Assembly (NCBI GenBank): GCA_030599585.1
Contig: JAUVNS010000018.1
Location: forward strand, 25,253-89,252
DNA from: Promethearchaeota archaeon
GTDB taxonomy: Archaea; Asgardarchaeota; Lokiarchaeia; Sigyniarchaeales; SOKP01
DNA: 64,000 nucleotides
Direction: 5' to 3'
The notes under the pieces are model-generated. The model saw only the letters and a program-made list of their open reading frames with translations. It did not search any database and was not told the DNA's origin. Made by a program: the position numbers and the translations under genes. Shown here piece after piece: positions 1-15,000 of this stretch (position 1 is the stretch's first letter; each line of letters opens with the position of its first letter).

Positions 1-1
1 C

Positions 2-3000
2 ACCTCAGCAGTAGGGTTTAACTTTAACAACGCAGTGTTTAACGATAACTACGACTATCTAGTGTGGTTTGAAGGCTACACAAACGGTTTTACCTCGGAA
101 TTGTGGGTTGACGGCACGAACGTTCAATCTTTTGGAAGTAGTCCTGGTTCTGAGTTCGACGGAAAATTCTTTACAGACATCAATACCATTAAAGTATGGC
201 TCGCCAGCGACGGAGGATTTAACCCTGAAGACAAGGAAGTTTTCTTAGATTTCCTTAAAGTGCTCTGGGTAAACCAACCGGTCAACATCTCGGTTAAAAA
301 CGCAAACTCAATTAACGTAACCCAGTCGTATTCTCGTACTCACACTACATCTACCCCAATCGATTCCGGTTTTTACAACGATCCGTATTTTGGGAAGAAT
401 TCGCTTAAATTTTCCATCAAAAACTCTATAACCACTCCTAAATTCGGGAGAGAAAACGGTAGCGTTTACGCCGATTCGATATTGAGCGATATTAGCTTAG
501 ATTTTACCGTATATCCGAATAGTTCGTATATCAATTTCCCCCTTGAACATATTAACGTGGAGGGAAACAACGAAACTAAATACAACGCTGAAGTGCTTAA
601 AGATTACGATATTTATTCAGCAAACAGATTTAGAAATTCTGCAATGGATGAGATACAAATTCCACTTATGACTCCTATCGAGTTAGATTTCGGTTCTGCC
701 GATTTAGACGTCCTAAAAGACATGGATTTAGAGATTGCCTTGAGCTTAAACTTTAACCGATACTACACCGCTTCCGATTTTATTTGGAGCCTTAGGTTTA
801 GGTTAATGTATTACAATTATTCTTCTGGAGTATGGGAAGACTTTAAAGGCATGTTGAGAGCCGAGAACAAAGGAGTAGAAAGGTCTGTGTGGGGTTCGAC
901 ATCGGATAACTTCGTTGATTACTTGCAAAATCCTCAATCTAATAATTTTATTCCCGTTTCAAACGAAAACGATATTACCATCAAAAATCCAATATTGATA
1001 AAAAGCGTTTCGAACAACACCATTTCAAACGGAAAAATGAAACTGGCCTTAATGTCCTACGTGATTCCAAGTAATTTTTCCATCGAAAGTGGAGACAATT
1101 ACTTTACTTACGAGCGGGCAGATCCTCAAGTTCCAATAGAAATTAATCAGCAAGTAGACGTATTAGAGTGCTTATTCATTGGAGAATCTGTCGAGATAAT
1201 GTATCCTGACTCGGCAATTAAAACCAATTTACCCTTAGACCAAAATTTCCGCGCGAACCTAACGCTAATCGATAATTTAGGAGAAATTACGGCAGTCATC
1301 GGTAAATACATAGATAGAGATAGCGTTGCCTACGAATATCCTATATTTTCTTACTGGATAACCTCAAGCAACGAGCTCGCTTTTAATTCTCCTATGAAGT
1401 ATCTATTCTCGAGCTTAGAAGTAGAATATATCCCTGAAATCGAATTAGTGTTTACTAACGACAAGTATTACCTTCCTAATAGCTCTATAATTAACCATCA
1501 AAACTTTACCCAACCGTTCTTGGTGACTAACTTAAAAGACGATAGCACGGTCTACGGTACTTACATCCATCCCGACGTAGACGTTGGATACTACTTACAA
1601 GTGGACCAGTACGGCACTTTTGTCGTGAACTCCTCTAATTTCGACGGAATCCCGAGAGGATCGGTCAGGTTCGCTAAAAGCAACGACACTTACTTCTACC
1701 AATTTTCGTTATCGGACGAATTAATTTACAAATATAACTTGTTAAATAACGCTTCGGACTTAATTGGAGGAACGCTTCAATTAGAATTAAACGCCGGGTT
1801 CTCGGACGTGGTTTACTCCGAACTATCCCAAGTCACCTGCTCCGATTACAAGTTAGTAGTAGATTTACATCAACTCGATACTACCACAAATACTCTTAAA
1901 AAAATAGGACAAATAACTACATCGCTGGATCAAAACCTTTTATATTACCATTATTACAAAATTGATCTCGACTTAGAAGAAACAAATTACGAAACCAACG
2001 GTAGATCGATTCTTGCAGAAACGATTGCGCGTGGAAGCCACTATGACCTATATGTTACCGTTAATTCAACCATATACAACTGTTTTGTGGACGGAAACTT
2101 GTTTAAAGGATTATACGCTCACGAATTGCTATCGGCAGACCTTCAGATTGACGCCCAAGACTCAGAACTTAGGTATAACGGCGAGCAAGTTGATCAAACC
2201 TTCGTTGAAATTCCTCAAGAGAGCGTTATTTTAAACAAATTAGACACTGCAACCTACGCTTTCGATTCTAACTCCTTAAAATACGGATTCGAGTTTACGG
2301 TGGACGAATTACGCACGGAGTCCGCCGTAATTAACGAAGCTAACTACGAGTTCTCCTTCGAATCTTTAGCCTTAACCTTAAGCGGCTCTTATTCGGATTA
2401 TTCTGGTATATTATTTGCCGATATAACCTATAAAGCGTTTAAATGGGATATTGATTACATATCTACTTTAGAACCGATAACTTTCACTTTTGCCAACGAT
2501 TACACCGAGAATATAACGAAATTTTTGGAATTAATAGTCCAGTACAACGCTATACCAGGATATGATATGGAAAAAATAAGCGAGACTTCCGGAAGGCTCG
2601 TGTTAAGCGAAGAGGCAAAAGACGCTTCCTTACTCAAGGTGTATATGTATAATTTTATAGAAGATAAGTGGGATCACGTAAATTTTGTCACCTACGACGA
2701 TTATAGCGGCACAAACACTTTTTCCTACGTGGTAGATAGAAACTTTATTACCTTTGAAAATTACTTTAACGACACAATTTCGGGTCAATTTGAAGCAAAA
2801 ATTATATTTACAATAGAAGAAGACGTTGGAGATTGTTTCGTTTCCAAAATTAGTTTTGACGTTAATTCTCTTAACGCGAATATTTATTATTCCACCCCAA
2901 GCACCAGCCACAAAGTAAATCCACAGGTAGAGTTTGACGTCGATCTCACAGAATACTACGCAGATTCTTCTATCTATCTGGAAGAAATTACTTTAGATTT

Positions 3001-6000
3001 GAACTTTGACGGCGAGATAGAACTCGACGACGCCTTTATCTTTTCTCAATATGCTTTATTGGAAGAAAATTACAACTTTTACTTAAGAAACGAATACTTA
3101 GAATACGAATTGTTTGAATTGGAAGATAATAAACTCACAGTTTCGAGGTCTGATTTAGACCGACTGCTCTTTTACGACGTAGAGAACGAGAAATACGTCG
3201 TCAGAGGTGCTTTAGAGTACGATTGGAATTGTATTATCGAGATGAACCTCGGTAGTAATTCAAAGCTAGAAATTCTTGCGGCGTTAAACTTAATTAACTA
3301 CGATCTATCCGTATCCTACACTTCCTACGAAGTCAGAAGAATATCTGCTTCCGAAATTTCCGTACCGTTCAAATTAGCGGCAATTTACGCCCCAAATTAT
3401 ATTAATACAACTGACGGAATTACCAATTTGGAGGACGACGAAGAGATAGATGTGGGTATTTTCAGAGGGTTCTTGAGAAACGTGGACACCCGGCAGAGGT
3501 TAATGCTCCGCCAAAAATTGTATTACAATTTTACTGATTCTCAGATAAGTAATTACAACATCGTATTAGATCAAGAATATACCGATTGCGTTCTAAGGTT
3601 TGTCTCTCCTTACGGATACTTACACTCTCCTGTAGATTATTTGATAAATCAAACTTACTTCGAATTTATAAGCGATTCAGAAGTCACCTCCATCGAATTT
3701 TACTATCACAACGGCGTAAATTACGCGAAAAAAGGAGATATGGAAAAAGATTCAATAGACGCAACAAAGTTTACCTTCCTTTGGGACGACGCTCAGGGAG
3801 ATACGGGCGCAATAACAGGCGATAGCGTAAAAATCATGTTTAATTTAACCGATATTTTAGGAAACAACGGGCAATACGAATATAGCTTGTTAGCAGATTT
3901 CTATCCGCCTCAAGTTTCTATAAGCTTAGGGGACGGAGCACAAAATTTCGAAAGCGATCTAATCGCAACTCCAGATACCGCTATTACATTTACTTCCAAC
4001 GAAGAGGATGGCGTGGTTTCGGAACATTACTCGTGGGCAGAAGATTTTGAGTCTTACGATTCTGGATATATGGACCATAGTTATTATCCCGACGATTACA
4101 ATAGTACTTGGACTATGGATTCGCTAAACATGAATAATGCGTTCCCAACTGCTACTATTTCGGAGTTATGGAGCGGGTGGACTTTAGATTACGACTCGCA
4201 AGTAACGACTTCTTCGTTTAGTAATGGGGATTTATCGTCAAATCTAATTGAAGCAACTGAGTTATACTCTCCAGATCAGCCCAGTGATTTTAACGTAACT
4301 GGAGCAGGTCTTACGCAATACGGTAACTTAGAAACTATTGACGCTAATTATTCTATAATTGATTCTGCTGATGTGGCAACTAGTTATGGCGATACACAAT
4401 ATATCGACAGCGTCACTTATACTACCGGGGAATATAGTCTGGGTGCTTTATCCGATACTGAAACAGACGACTCTAATTATTACCGATCTGTTTCCCTGAA
4501 CACAATAAAACTAAATCTCTTTTTCGACCCCGTTGTTGGCGGTAGAGATTTTTATATGGATATACATTGTGAAGCGTGGTACGGTTTTTCAGATCCTGTA
4601 ACCAATTATATACAAGTTAACGGGCAAACCGTTCTCACAAGCGATGCAAACGATGTTATAGATCAAGATAATTTTTTAATAGAAGGTGTAAATTCTATTA
4701 GAGCATATACTATAGATAGAACAGGAGCAACGTATCACGCCTTATATTATTTTAAACTCGTGGAGAAAATAACTGAAAAAGTCTATGTAGAAGCAGCTCC
4801 TGAATACCTCGATTCTGTCACCTACGATAATGGAGCTTATCAGAGCGGGTCATATTCAGATACACAAACGGATAGTAGAGGGAGTAATTATAAAAGTTGG
4901 GGTTCAGTAGGTATCGACATGAACTTATTGTTTGATCCTAGCTTAGGCGGAAGAGATTTTAACGTTTCTTTAGATTGTCTCGGAACTGTTGCGTACAATA
5001 GCTTAAGTTACGGTTTTTACGTAAATAATATTTTACAAGCTTCTGCAACTACTTCGGAATATATAACTTTCGATGGTATGGTATATAGCGACGTCAATTC
5101 GCTTGAATTAAGAATTGGAGACGGATCTGGAAACGAATACATTAACCTTTATTATTTAAAGATCGAAGAAATTATTGAAGAAGTTACCGTTCAAGTTGAA
5201 ATACAAGGTCCCGAGGACACATCAGTTGATTTTCTAAAATATTCGCACAAATCTAACGTATCTCAAACCATAGATTTGGATATTTGGAATTGGAACACCG
5301 AACAGTGGTACGAGATTGAGAGCGTAAATAATTACGCTTCTTTCGACAACGATTCCTTTTCTCTAGGGCAAAGTAGTCCGTATGTAAACGCTACAAATGA
5401 CGTAAGAATTCGATATCAAGGATATTGGAATCAAAGCTCAACTTATCAGATACAAATCGATCGATTAGCTCTTGAATATAGTTATCTACCTCAAGGTAGT
5501 CCTTACGCCGACGTATCAAAAACCATTACTGATAGCTTCTTAGATAGATACGACTCGGGCTTTTCAAATTACCAAAAATTATACGAGATCACCATAGATT
5601 TCGATTATATATTTACTAAAGATTCGACTTTGTACGACGATTTCGCCCAATTTACTTTAGACGGTTCTGACTTTGCTTTGTCTAAAGACGGATATTCGCA
5701 TCACTTCTCGGACTATTTTGAGTACGATTCAGCCAGCAGAAGCGGGTTCGACCTCATGTTTAACGTGTCAAACGGATTGTTGGAGATCGAAAACATGGAA
5801 TACAATTTCCGGTTTAAGTCTCTCGACACCAGCGACCATATCCTCTTGCAACAAGACTTTACCGTAGAATTCACCGACGAAAACGAGCTCGAAGTCTTTA
5901 AAAACTTCCAAGACGCTAATTTCGTGATATACAATTCCTACAGCTTTACCACCAATAGCGACGGATTCACCTATTACAACACCAACGGTAGAACCGACAA

Positions 6001-9000
6001 GTTAGAAATTATTTATAAGATCAAAGCCGACGACCAATGGTATACCTCGATTTATTCCACTTCCCTTGCTGAATCAGGAGCGAAAAAGTTTAACGTATCG
6101 CAATTTATGGTAGACAATTTGTTAATACAATTCCAAGATTTCGAGGTAGAATACCTCCTTACTGGAAACAACTCCGATTTAACCATAAATTACCTTACCT
6201 TAAATTGCTCTACTGCCGCAAAGTACATCCAAGAATATTACAGAATTACCTACAACGTAATGGGACAAATATCTAATTGGATATCCTTTAATTCCAGCGC
6301 TTACACCAAGCTCGACGATTTCGGCGAATTACCGGCTAACTTTTCTGTCGAATACAAAGTGATCGATTTTGCCGGAAACGTAGGCACCGCTACTATTTAC
6401 AACACTAACTACAAAAATGTTATGTATTCCCTCGAAAAATCCATTTCTTTGAGCGATAACGAGATCGATCTTAATAACCCTAACAATCGCGAAATTTCGT
6501 TCGAAAACACCGGACAATTCAACAACGTGAACCTATTAGACGTATACATCAACGGGTTTAGATATGGTACTGCAAGTCTCGATACTGGGTATTACAAGCT
6601 TAACTTTGGCACAGGAAATTCTAAAGAGACTTTACTCGCCTACTCGGACTCTTTAATGACCGATTACATTTATAGCAACGTGAACCCTCTTAACCACGTG
6701 AGCTGGGAAGTAAGAGAAGACGACTATTTTGCTGTGGTTAAGCACGTGTTAGTCGACGGTGAGATCGTAATTATTAATCCGCTCTCCTATAATCGAACTA
6801 CTCAGCTTGATATTAACCACTTATACGATCGAGGATTTGGGTTAGAAAACCTTCTTCGGATAAGAAGAGCGTATTACATCAATTCTTCAAATGACGCTGT
6901 TTGTACCATGTCTTTTGGAATAGATTATTGGATCGAAAAAAGCGGCGAGATAAGTTTTCCAGAAACTTCTAAACTTCATTTGTTATACGCTAATCCTTCT
7001 GAAGTTAAGAACGGGCTAATTTATTTCGAACACGACGTATCTTTAATAGGCGATCAGTTAAGTCTAACTAACGCTGATGGGTTCTTTGTTAACTTTACCA
7101 TGCCATCTGTGTATTACGATCACACTACAATTGAGAAATTGACCATTAATTTTAACGATTTGATGGGTAACTCCTTTTCAAAAGTCTATTTTGATTTAGA
7201 TTTACGAGAATATTTCCTAGAGAATGTAAAAGATCAATACGAAGTTGACATATTTGGACTTGGTAAGATGATGACAATACCTCTTTATATCGATATGAAC
7301 GACATTAGGCTGTCAAACCCTAATAAACCATTCACTCTAAGCTTTTTGGAGTCGATCTCGTTTGAGATTAAAGATTCTCCACGTTGGCCAGGGTCTTTTA
7401 TTCAAGATATTGGAAATTATACTATTATGAACCTCCCATATCAAAGAATAAGTATTTCAGACATTAGGTTGTATAATTCAATTAGCGATTCCTTAGACGC
7501 TAACAACGACGGTTTCGTTTCTTCAACGGTTAAATTTGTCGCTCCTGACTATTACAATTGTTTTGGAGAAACCGAATTCAATATAAAAAGGCTTAACATT
7601 GAGTTTACCGATTTACAGATTTTTGCTTACAGAGAGTTAGTTGAAGCTGGCTCGGTCGTAGATGTTGAACATTCCGACCTTATCGAAATTAATTACCATT
7701 GGGGTGATACAATTTCCCAAGTTTTGTTAAACGACATATATACGCTTCCGGTTGAGCTGATTAACGGTAGTTCCGGGGATACATTGTCAATTGGAGGTGC
7801 TTATTGGATCACAAAGTACGAGATGGATTCGCTTTCTGGTTATATTAAATACTATTATTCGAGATTTGAAGTTCCAAAAGGTCTCGGGGAATACAACGTA
7901 AGTTTTAGTTCTAGAGGGACTCCATTATTTAACATTACTTTCTTAAGTGCTCCCTCCTTTACTCTCAACGTAACTCAAGAATCTTTATCTTCTACTACAC
8001 CAATTTACCTTGAAAACGATCAATTTGAGGTTGAATACGGGGATCCGATAATCCTTAGCGGAGCGATATTAGATAACGACGAATACATCATAGAAGACGA
8101 GGTATATAGCTACAAATATCAAGAAGCTTTAGACGGGGAGACTTCCCACACTCTAAAGCTCGTCTCTCCATTTGGAGATAGCGATTTTATCGATACAAAT
8201 AACTTTTCTATCTATTATATCAACGATAAACTGGAAGTTTTACCTTTATATACCACGCTTCACAACAAGAGATTTTTAAATGATACAATTTTAGCGTACG
8301 GAAAAGATCCCGTTATTAGCTACGTTGATAATGCCTTTATACTAAACATTTATTGGGAAAAGAGTTCTACCAGTTTTATTCGATACGACACAAATCTTTT
8401 AATATCTTATAAGGTGTTAATAGGTCAACCGCTTTCTCCGATTAGTTTTACTTCTTCCGATTCTTATGGCAACAATAAACAGCAAAACTTAATTGAGATT
8501 CCGTTTGCTAAATACGACATAATCACAAGATCGTGGAAGACTGAAGGAGATTTTGTTAACCGTTTCCCAATTAATAAACTTTTGTTATCAGAAGACGTTG
8601 AGAGCACCGGTGCTACCTTGGAAGGTCTTACTTTCTACGAAGGAGAAGAGATCACCACAGGAGTAATTGGTCTTGAAAACATATACGTAAACAAGAGTTA
8701 CTCGAGCGAATTTAGACTACTCGATTCTTCTGAATATGATTGGTCTATCGATAGTACAGGCAAACTTGTTGTTTCAGGGCTAAACTATACTACTACTGGC
8801 GATGTATTCGATGTTAATTATTACGCGTGTTATCCAACGGAAATTCCTCACTCGTTGACTAAAGACGTTTCAAACGTAGATTATGTTAAGGTGAGAAACG
8901 GAACTGGGCACGAATATTTATTTGTTGAAAATATCGATTATAAGCTTTCTGAAGACGGTTATTCTATATTTTTCGTTGATTTATACAATACAATCCTAAA

Positions 9001-12000
9001 GAGTAATAATTTTACCATTTACGATACTTTTGAGATTGGATATCACTCTTCCTTAGCGAAAAAAATCGACCTATCCCAAAACATTTTGCTCTTGCTTCAA
9101 GACTCTGAAGGAAATAATATTCCTATTGACGGCATCCCTATAGACAGTTTGGGTATGTTTGATTACGAAGAAACCTTAAAAATTGACTCTCCGTTCTCTA
9201 TTCCCGTGGGCGGTGGTAAAAAAATAGTTCACATGGAGTTAGCATATCTACCGCTTAACATTTATAATAAATCCTCGGATATCCTTAAAAACATAGATTA
9301 TCTTGATGGTGATATTGGTAATATTTACGCGGTTAAAGAAAGCAATGCTTGGGCAAAACCTATAACTGTTATAACTATACCTGAAAAAGTTAAATTAAGT
9401 TTGGTAGAAAATCCTCTTGAAAACATAGTTATTAACCAAAAATTCTACGAAGAAAGAGAATATTATTTCAACTTAAACCCCGTCGAAGCCTTAGAAAAAG
9501 GCGAGGAATACACCAAAGTTATGATAGACGCCTTGGTTAAAGAAGATTACGAGTTTACTTTTAGATTATCTGATTTATTAGAAGATAAACCGATAAACAA
9601 TTCAATTGTGTGGCTTCAAGTGGGATTTGTTCCAAAAACAAAAACTAAATTCGTAAACGAACGAGCTACGATCGATGATCTCGGTATTTCACCGTATTTT
9701 GAGTCTCTTGGAACCGAAGAAATAACTTTCTTAGGACCGGGAACAGGAACAGAAAAAATGTTTGGTAAACCTTTAACTTACGAGCTCGATTGGTATAACA
9801 CTAATTTTAGCTCTTATGGGCCTCATATTTGGTCTTTTGCGAAGACAAACGAGTTTGGAGAAGCTAAATTTGATGTTTCGTTCGATCAAGATTATCTGAG
9901 CGACTTTAGTGATGTTTTTGGCAGTATCGAAGGATTTGACTCTATTGACGACGTAGTGCTTTACATAAGAGCATTTAGCAGCTACTTTAATTGGAGCGAG
10001 TTCGCTATAAACACGCCTAACCAATATTTGTGTTCCGAAAGCGGTAATATTTTCGACGGAAGCACGGCTTTAGATAATTACGACTTTACTAACCTTGCTT
10101 TACAAGATAGCACTTACGTAGAGGGGCTTATAACTCTTCACAAAAAGGACATAGCGTTAGGAATCAACGACTATTTCTCTTACAACTTACCCGACGCAGG
10201 TGTAGGTGGAAGCTACGATCCACTTACGATCCACTTATATGTAGCTGAAGCAACCCCAATACCTTCTATGATCGGAACAACTGTAGAATCGTTGACGAAC
10301 ATTTATACAAGTTCACAATTAGAGCCAACAGCGCATAATATATTAAACGACGATTACTCGTTTTACGCAAATATCGAATTCTATACACCATCTGGCTCTT
10401 TAGCCGAAACGATGTTTATGGAGATTAATCCCGAGTTTAATAGCGGAGTAATTACCATCGATAACGAAACGGTAATACAAATTTTATCCAAGTTAGGTCC
10501 TGGTATATCAACAATTAAAATCCAAGTGGCAGAATCCGAGTATTACAAGCCATCTCCATCAATAACCGTACCTCTTGAAGTACGACCTTCCAACTGGATA
10601 AAATACGGTCAGAAGAACACCATTATCGATTTGATCGATCCCTATATTAATGCTTGGGGAAACGCATTTAACGGAGAAGGATTTATGCCTTTTGAAAGCA
10701 ATTATCCTCATTTGATCGGAACTATTTGGATTGAGCCAAACTTTGAAGGAACAGGAGAAGAAAAAGAACAATCGATTCAAGACTATGTTGAAATCGGATT
10801 AGATTGCATTACTGAAAGCAGCGTTCCAATTGACGAAGTTCCGGAGGGAGTATCATTTAAAGTAGACCCAATCAACACTCACATGGCGATTATTAAAGAA
10901 TCGTTCCCATTAAGAGAAAATATTATGCTAAGACCCGGCAACAGAGAAGGTGTTATGATGTTCGATGTAGGATTAGGCCCAGAAGATGCTTTCATAATGG
11001 GTCTCGAATGCGAATTAAACTTAACTTTTAATATAAATTACAATAATTTCGATATCTATGAAGACGATAGACAAGTTGACATATACCTACTAGATTTACG
11101 ATTAGAAGAAAACCCTTCGAGCAGCAGCAATAAAACTCTTTGGTCTGTGTATAACGACGAATTTAATTCCGATGGTACTGGATTCGGATTATCCAAAGAC
11201 AACTCGATTCAGACCGAGACAGGAGTTGTGTCTTTAGGTGGTACTGAGAACGAGGTAGATTACGGTCTAGAAGTTGAGTTCACTTACAACCCCGAAGAGA
11301 GTATTTACACAATCGACTCTGAAAGCGAGTTATTTGACCTATTTAAGTTAGACGACATAACACCTTTAGAAGTGAGTTGGTTAAACGGTTCTGAAGAGAT
11401 TACGCTTACAAAAGATACCGATTGGCAAATTGGATCGAGTTTATCTGAAATTGAATTTTTAGACAATTCGCTCCCTGATAATTATTCTGATTTCATAGTA
11501 GTATATAAGTTTGATTTTGATTTTGGAGCAAACAATTTTGCAAATATTACATTAGGTCCAAGAGGTGGAAATAACGCAAACGAGAGTTGGATATTGTTTT
11601 CTCTCCCAGATGGTTTCTTACCTCCTAGCGAAGATAGTTTATCGTTCATGTACACTCGATTTAACCAAACTTTCGTTGGAACAGGGTCGGCAACGCAATA
11701 CACGCTCGAATACGGAGTTCAAGGAGCTACTGAATGGGACGACGATCTCTTTATTATCTATAACGAGGGTGAATTAGGATTACTCAGCAGAGACGCCCCA
11801 AGTGGAAGGCCTAGGGTCGAAATTAACAAACCTTTAGACGAGGTGTTTAACGTTAAATATGGTATTCGATCGGAATACCTGTTAGGATACGGGTTCCAGA
11901 AAGTAGGTGAAGTCTATAGCGACTCTGTTAGGTTAATGTATAACAACGAGTCATCCTCTCCAATAATAGATAGCGCTGGTCCTAAAAACACTCTTTCTTT

Positions 12001-15000
12001 AAGCGATCCTTCTTTGTACATCTCGTTAGACGACTCTTCTAAAGAGACAATATTAGAGCTTTACAACGTACCTTTGTTGTATTCTCCCGAAGTTAATTTC
12101 ACCTTTGCGCTAGATCCAATTGTTATGGACTTAGTTGATACGTTCACTACTGAGATTGTAAACTCGCTTGAGATTACCTTCTATTACGTGGCAAGTGGAG
12201 GTTACGGTTCTTATTACACCGATACAATTTTGTTACCTTTAAACTATACGGAGCTTTCGTTAGATTTACAATCTGGAAGCTACTTCCTAAATTACAACAA
12301 AGACTTACAAGGGATATACGAAGCGTTTGGCACCGGTAATTTAGATGTCTACGTGGCTATATCGCAAGTAGGGAACGGTTCTAATTACATACCTTACGTA
12401 ATCTTGGAAGAATTCGACTATTTATGCGACGAACATCTTCTGGAGATGTACGATCGTATGCCTTTAGACGGAGACGGCGATTTAGACGTGAAAGCGGTGA
12501 TTAACACTCCACATTACGTTCAATTATTTTCAAAACCTTTTGTTGACGATATTTATGGCGGATCTCCGTTTGACTTACTTGATAACTCTCAAATAACCGT
12601 TGGTTTGGATGATATGGTCTACTCAAGTTTAGTATCTCTTCAAACAGACGGAGTCGGCGGGTATGCGTTTGAATACTTAGGTTCTCAAGAAACTCTTCCA
12701 ATTAACGCTGAGAATTACTACCAGATTCCTAACTTAGGACTATTTACGGACGCCTACAACTTAGACGAAGTAGTTTATCAAGATGGTTACGTCGATCTAT
12801 TCTACGGAAATGGCATTGAAGTAAGCGGAGCATACGATTTTGACTTGGCTATTAACATGGAATACGATTCATTAACAGTTGACGATTACGAAGCTACTAT
12901 TAGTGGCGGAGTAGTAACCTCATGGGAAGATTATTACAATATAACCGATCAATTTTTAACAACGGACGAGATTGCGGTATCAGATACGGTATTATACCAT
13001 CAATTATTCGACCTAACCTCTGATATCATAGAACTGGACGATCTTAACGAGATTTTGGGCAATATCACTGGAGCCTACTTTGGAGTAAAACTTCCAGACG
13101 ATGTTTCAATTTCATACTTACGCACTATCGGTTCTCCATACACTTACGACCTATCGGTTCAAGGCTTCCCAATTGGTAGTTATATCGATGGCACATATTG
13201 CAAAGTAAAAACTTCAGGCACGACTCAAGATTTTGACCTTAGAGAAGATAGCGAAATTATGAACAGAACTACTTATTATTCGCTCGAATTTGCGTCAAAT
13301 GGATCAAAATACATAGTTTTTACTAAATCGATCAACGATGTTTCAAATTTCGCAGTAAACGATAAAATTATGGTCGATTATTGGGCGTATTATACTTTTG
13401 TAGAAGGGTTTGATTACGAGATCGTGGAAGACCCTCTCGACCCATACACTTCAGTAATTGATTGGGCTTACCAGATTAGTGCAATAGACTCCTATACCAT
13501 GCATCCAGATTTTATTATTAACTCCAGTTTTAGCGTTGACTTTTCCGCACTCGAATGGGAGGAGATCGACAATAATTACATTCACGATGGATCTGACGAA
13601 TTTACTTTCCAACCTCATATAGACACTAATACCACCGTGCTTTATAGTGGAGATGTGACCGAAGATTTCTCTGTATTGAACATTGTCCCTGACAACCAAT
13701 TCAACGAAACCGACTTATTTACAAATATTTATGTGGATATATGGGACGGAGAAAACGAAGATACGATTTTTACTTACGAATACTTGTATCAGCCATTAGG
13801 ACACGGTTATATTATCCAAGATGTCAACGTTAGTTTCTATTTCACTATAAATTACACCGCAATTGAGGAATTCTTCCAACAATATTATCCTGATCACGTT
13901 CTTTTGGACGACTCTTACACGTATATTCAATTAGGGTATGAATCGACTCAGTTAAGGTATACAATGAGCAACACTCCGTTTAATTACGATTACGTCGGGT
14001 CCGAGCATACTACATATCACATAGTGCTCACGATAGGAGAAGACGCTCCAATCTATAGTTACCAATCGGCGTTCAACGATTACATTCTAAAGATAGAAAA
14101 TAATTTCGTATACTTTAACGATAGCAGATTTGTCGACGATGGATATATTGCAAATAATACCAACATTAAGTTGGAATATAAATACAAGTTGCAACCAGGC
14201 TTGTTGGAACGAAAACACTTTCTATCTGTAATCTATCCGTGGAGCAACGCGTTTAATTCCATAGTAGACGACGCCATATCGGGCGATTCTGACATAACTT
14301 ATAGAGAGAAATATAGAAAATTGTCTGGCTCTTCTATTATTTCTCCGTTCGAATATAGCTTGTCGATTAACGATACTTATAGATTGTATTTAAGCTATCG
14401 CTTGAATCAAAGAGAATACTTCGAAGAAAAGTTTGAAATTGACTACCGATCTGGTGAATTAGACTTTTATTATTTAAGCAACGCTTTTGATAACTACGTA
14501 TCCGAATATTCGAAAGAGGAAGTAGTAGTATATTATTTTGACGAAAACAATCAAATGCAATTCTTAGATAGAGCTTCTTTCATTGTCGATAATGTTACTC
14601 ACAAAATTACGTTAAAAGCGGATGGAAACCCTATAGTTTCTATCAATCCCATTGTAGAATTTTACGTTGGATTTAGCCCCGCAGTTAGCGACGAGAGGTT
14701 TAACGCGTACGAATATACCTACAATCCTTCTCTTGGTATGAACGATACTCTAGAATTAACTTATTGGAACGTTACGCACGGCGAAAGGTTTGACGTGATT
14801 CCTAACTTAAACGCTTACAATTATATAAACGAGCCCAGAACCACATTTACCAATTTTGTCTCTCACGCAACTCAAGTAGCGGCTTTCTTAGAAGAAGAAG
14901 AGACTTTAGTGTTCGATTTAGCGGGCGAAATTGGGTGGTACAACGACGCGCTCCTAGACGGCATACAGAACGGAGAGTATCTATCGATCTATTTCCACGC

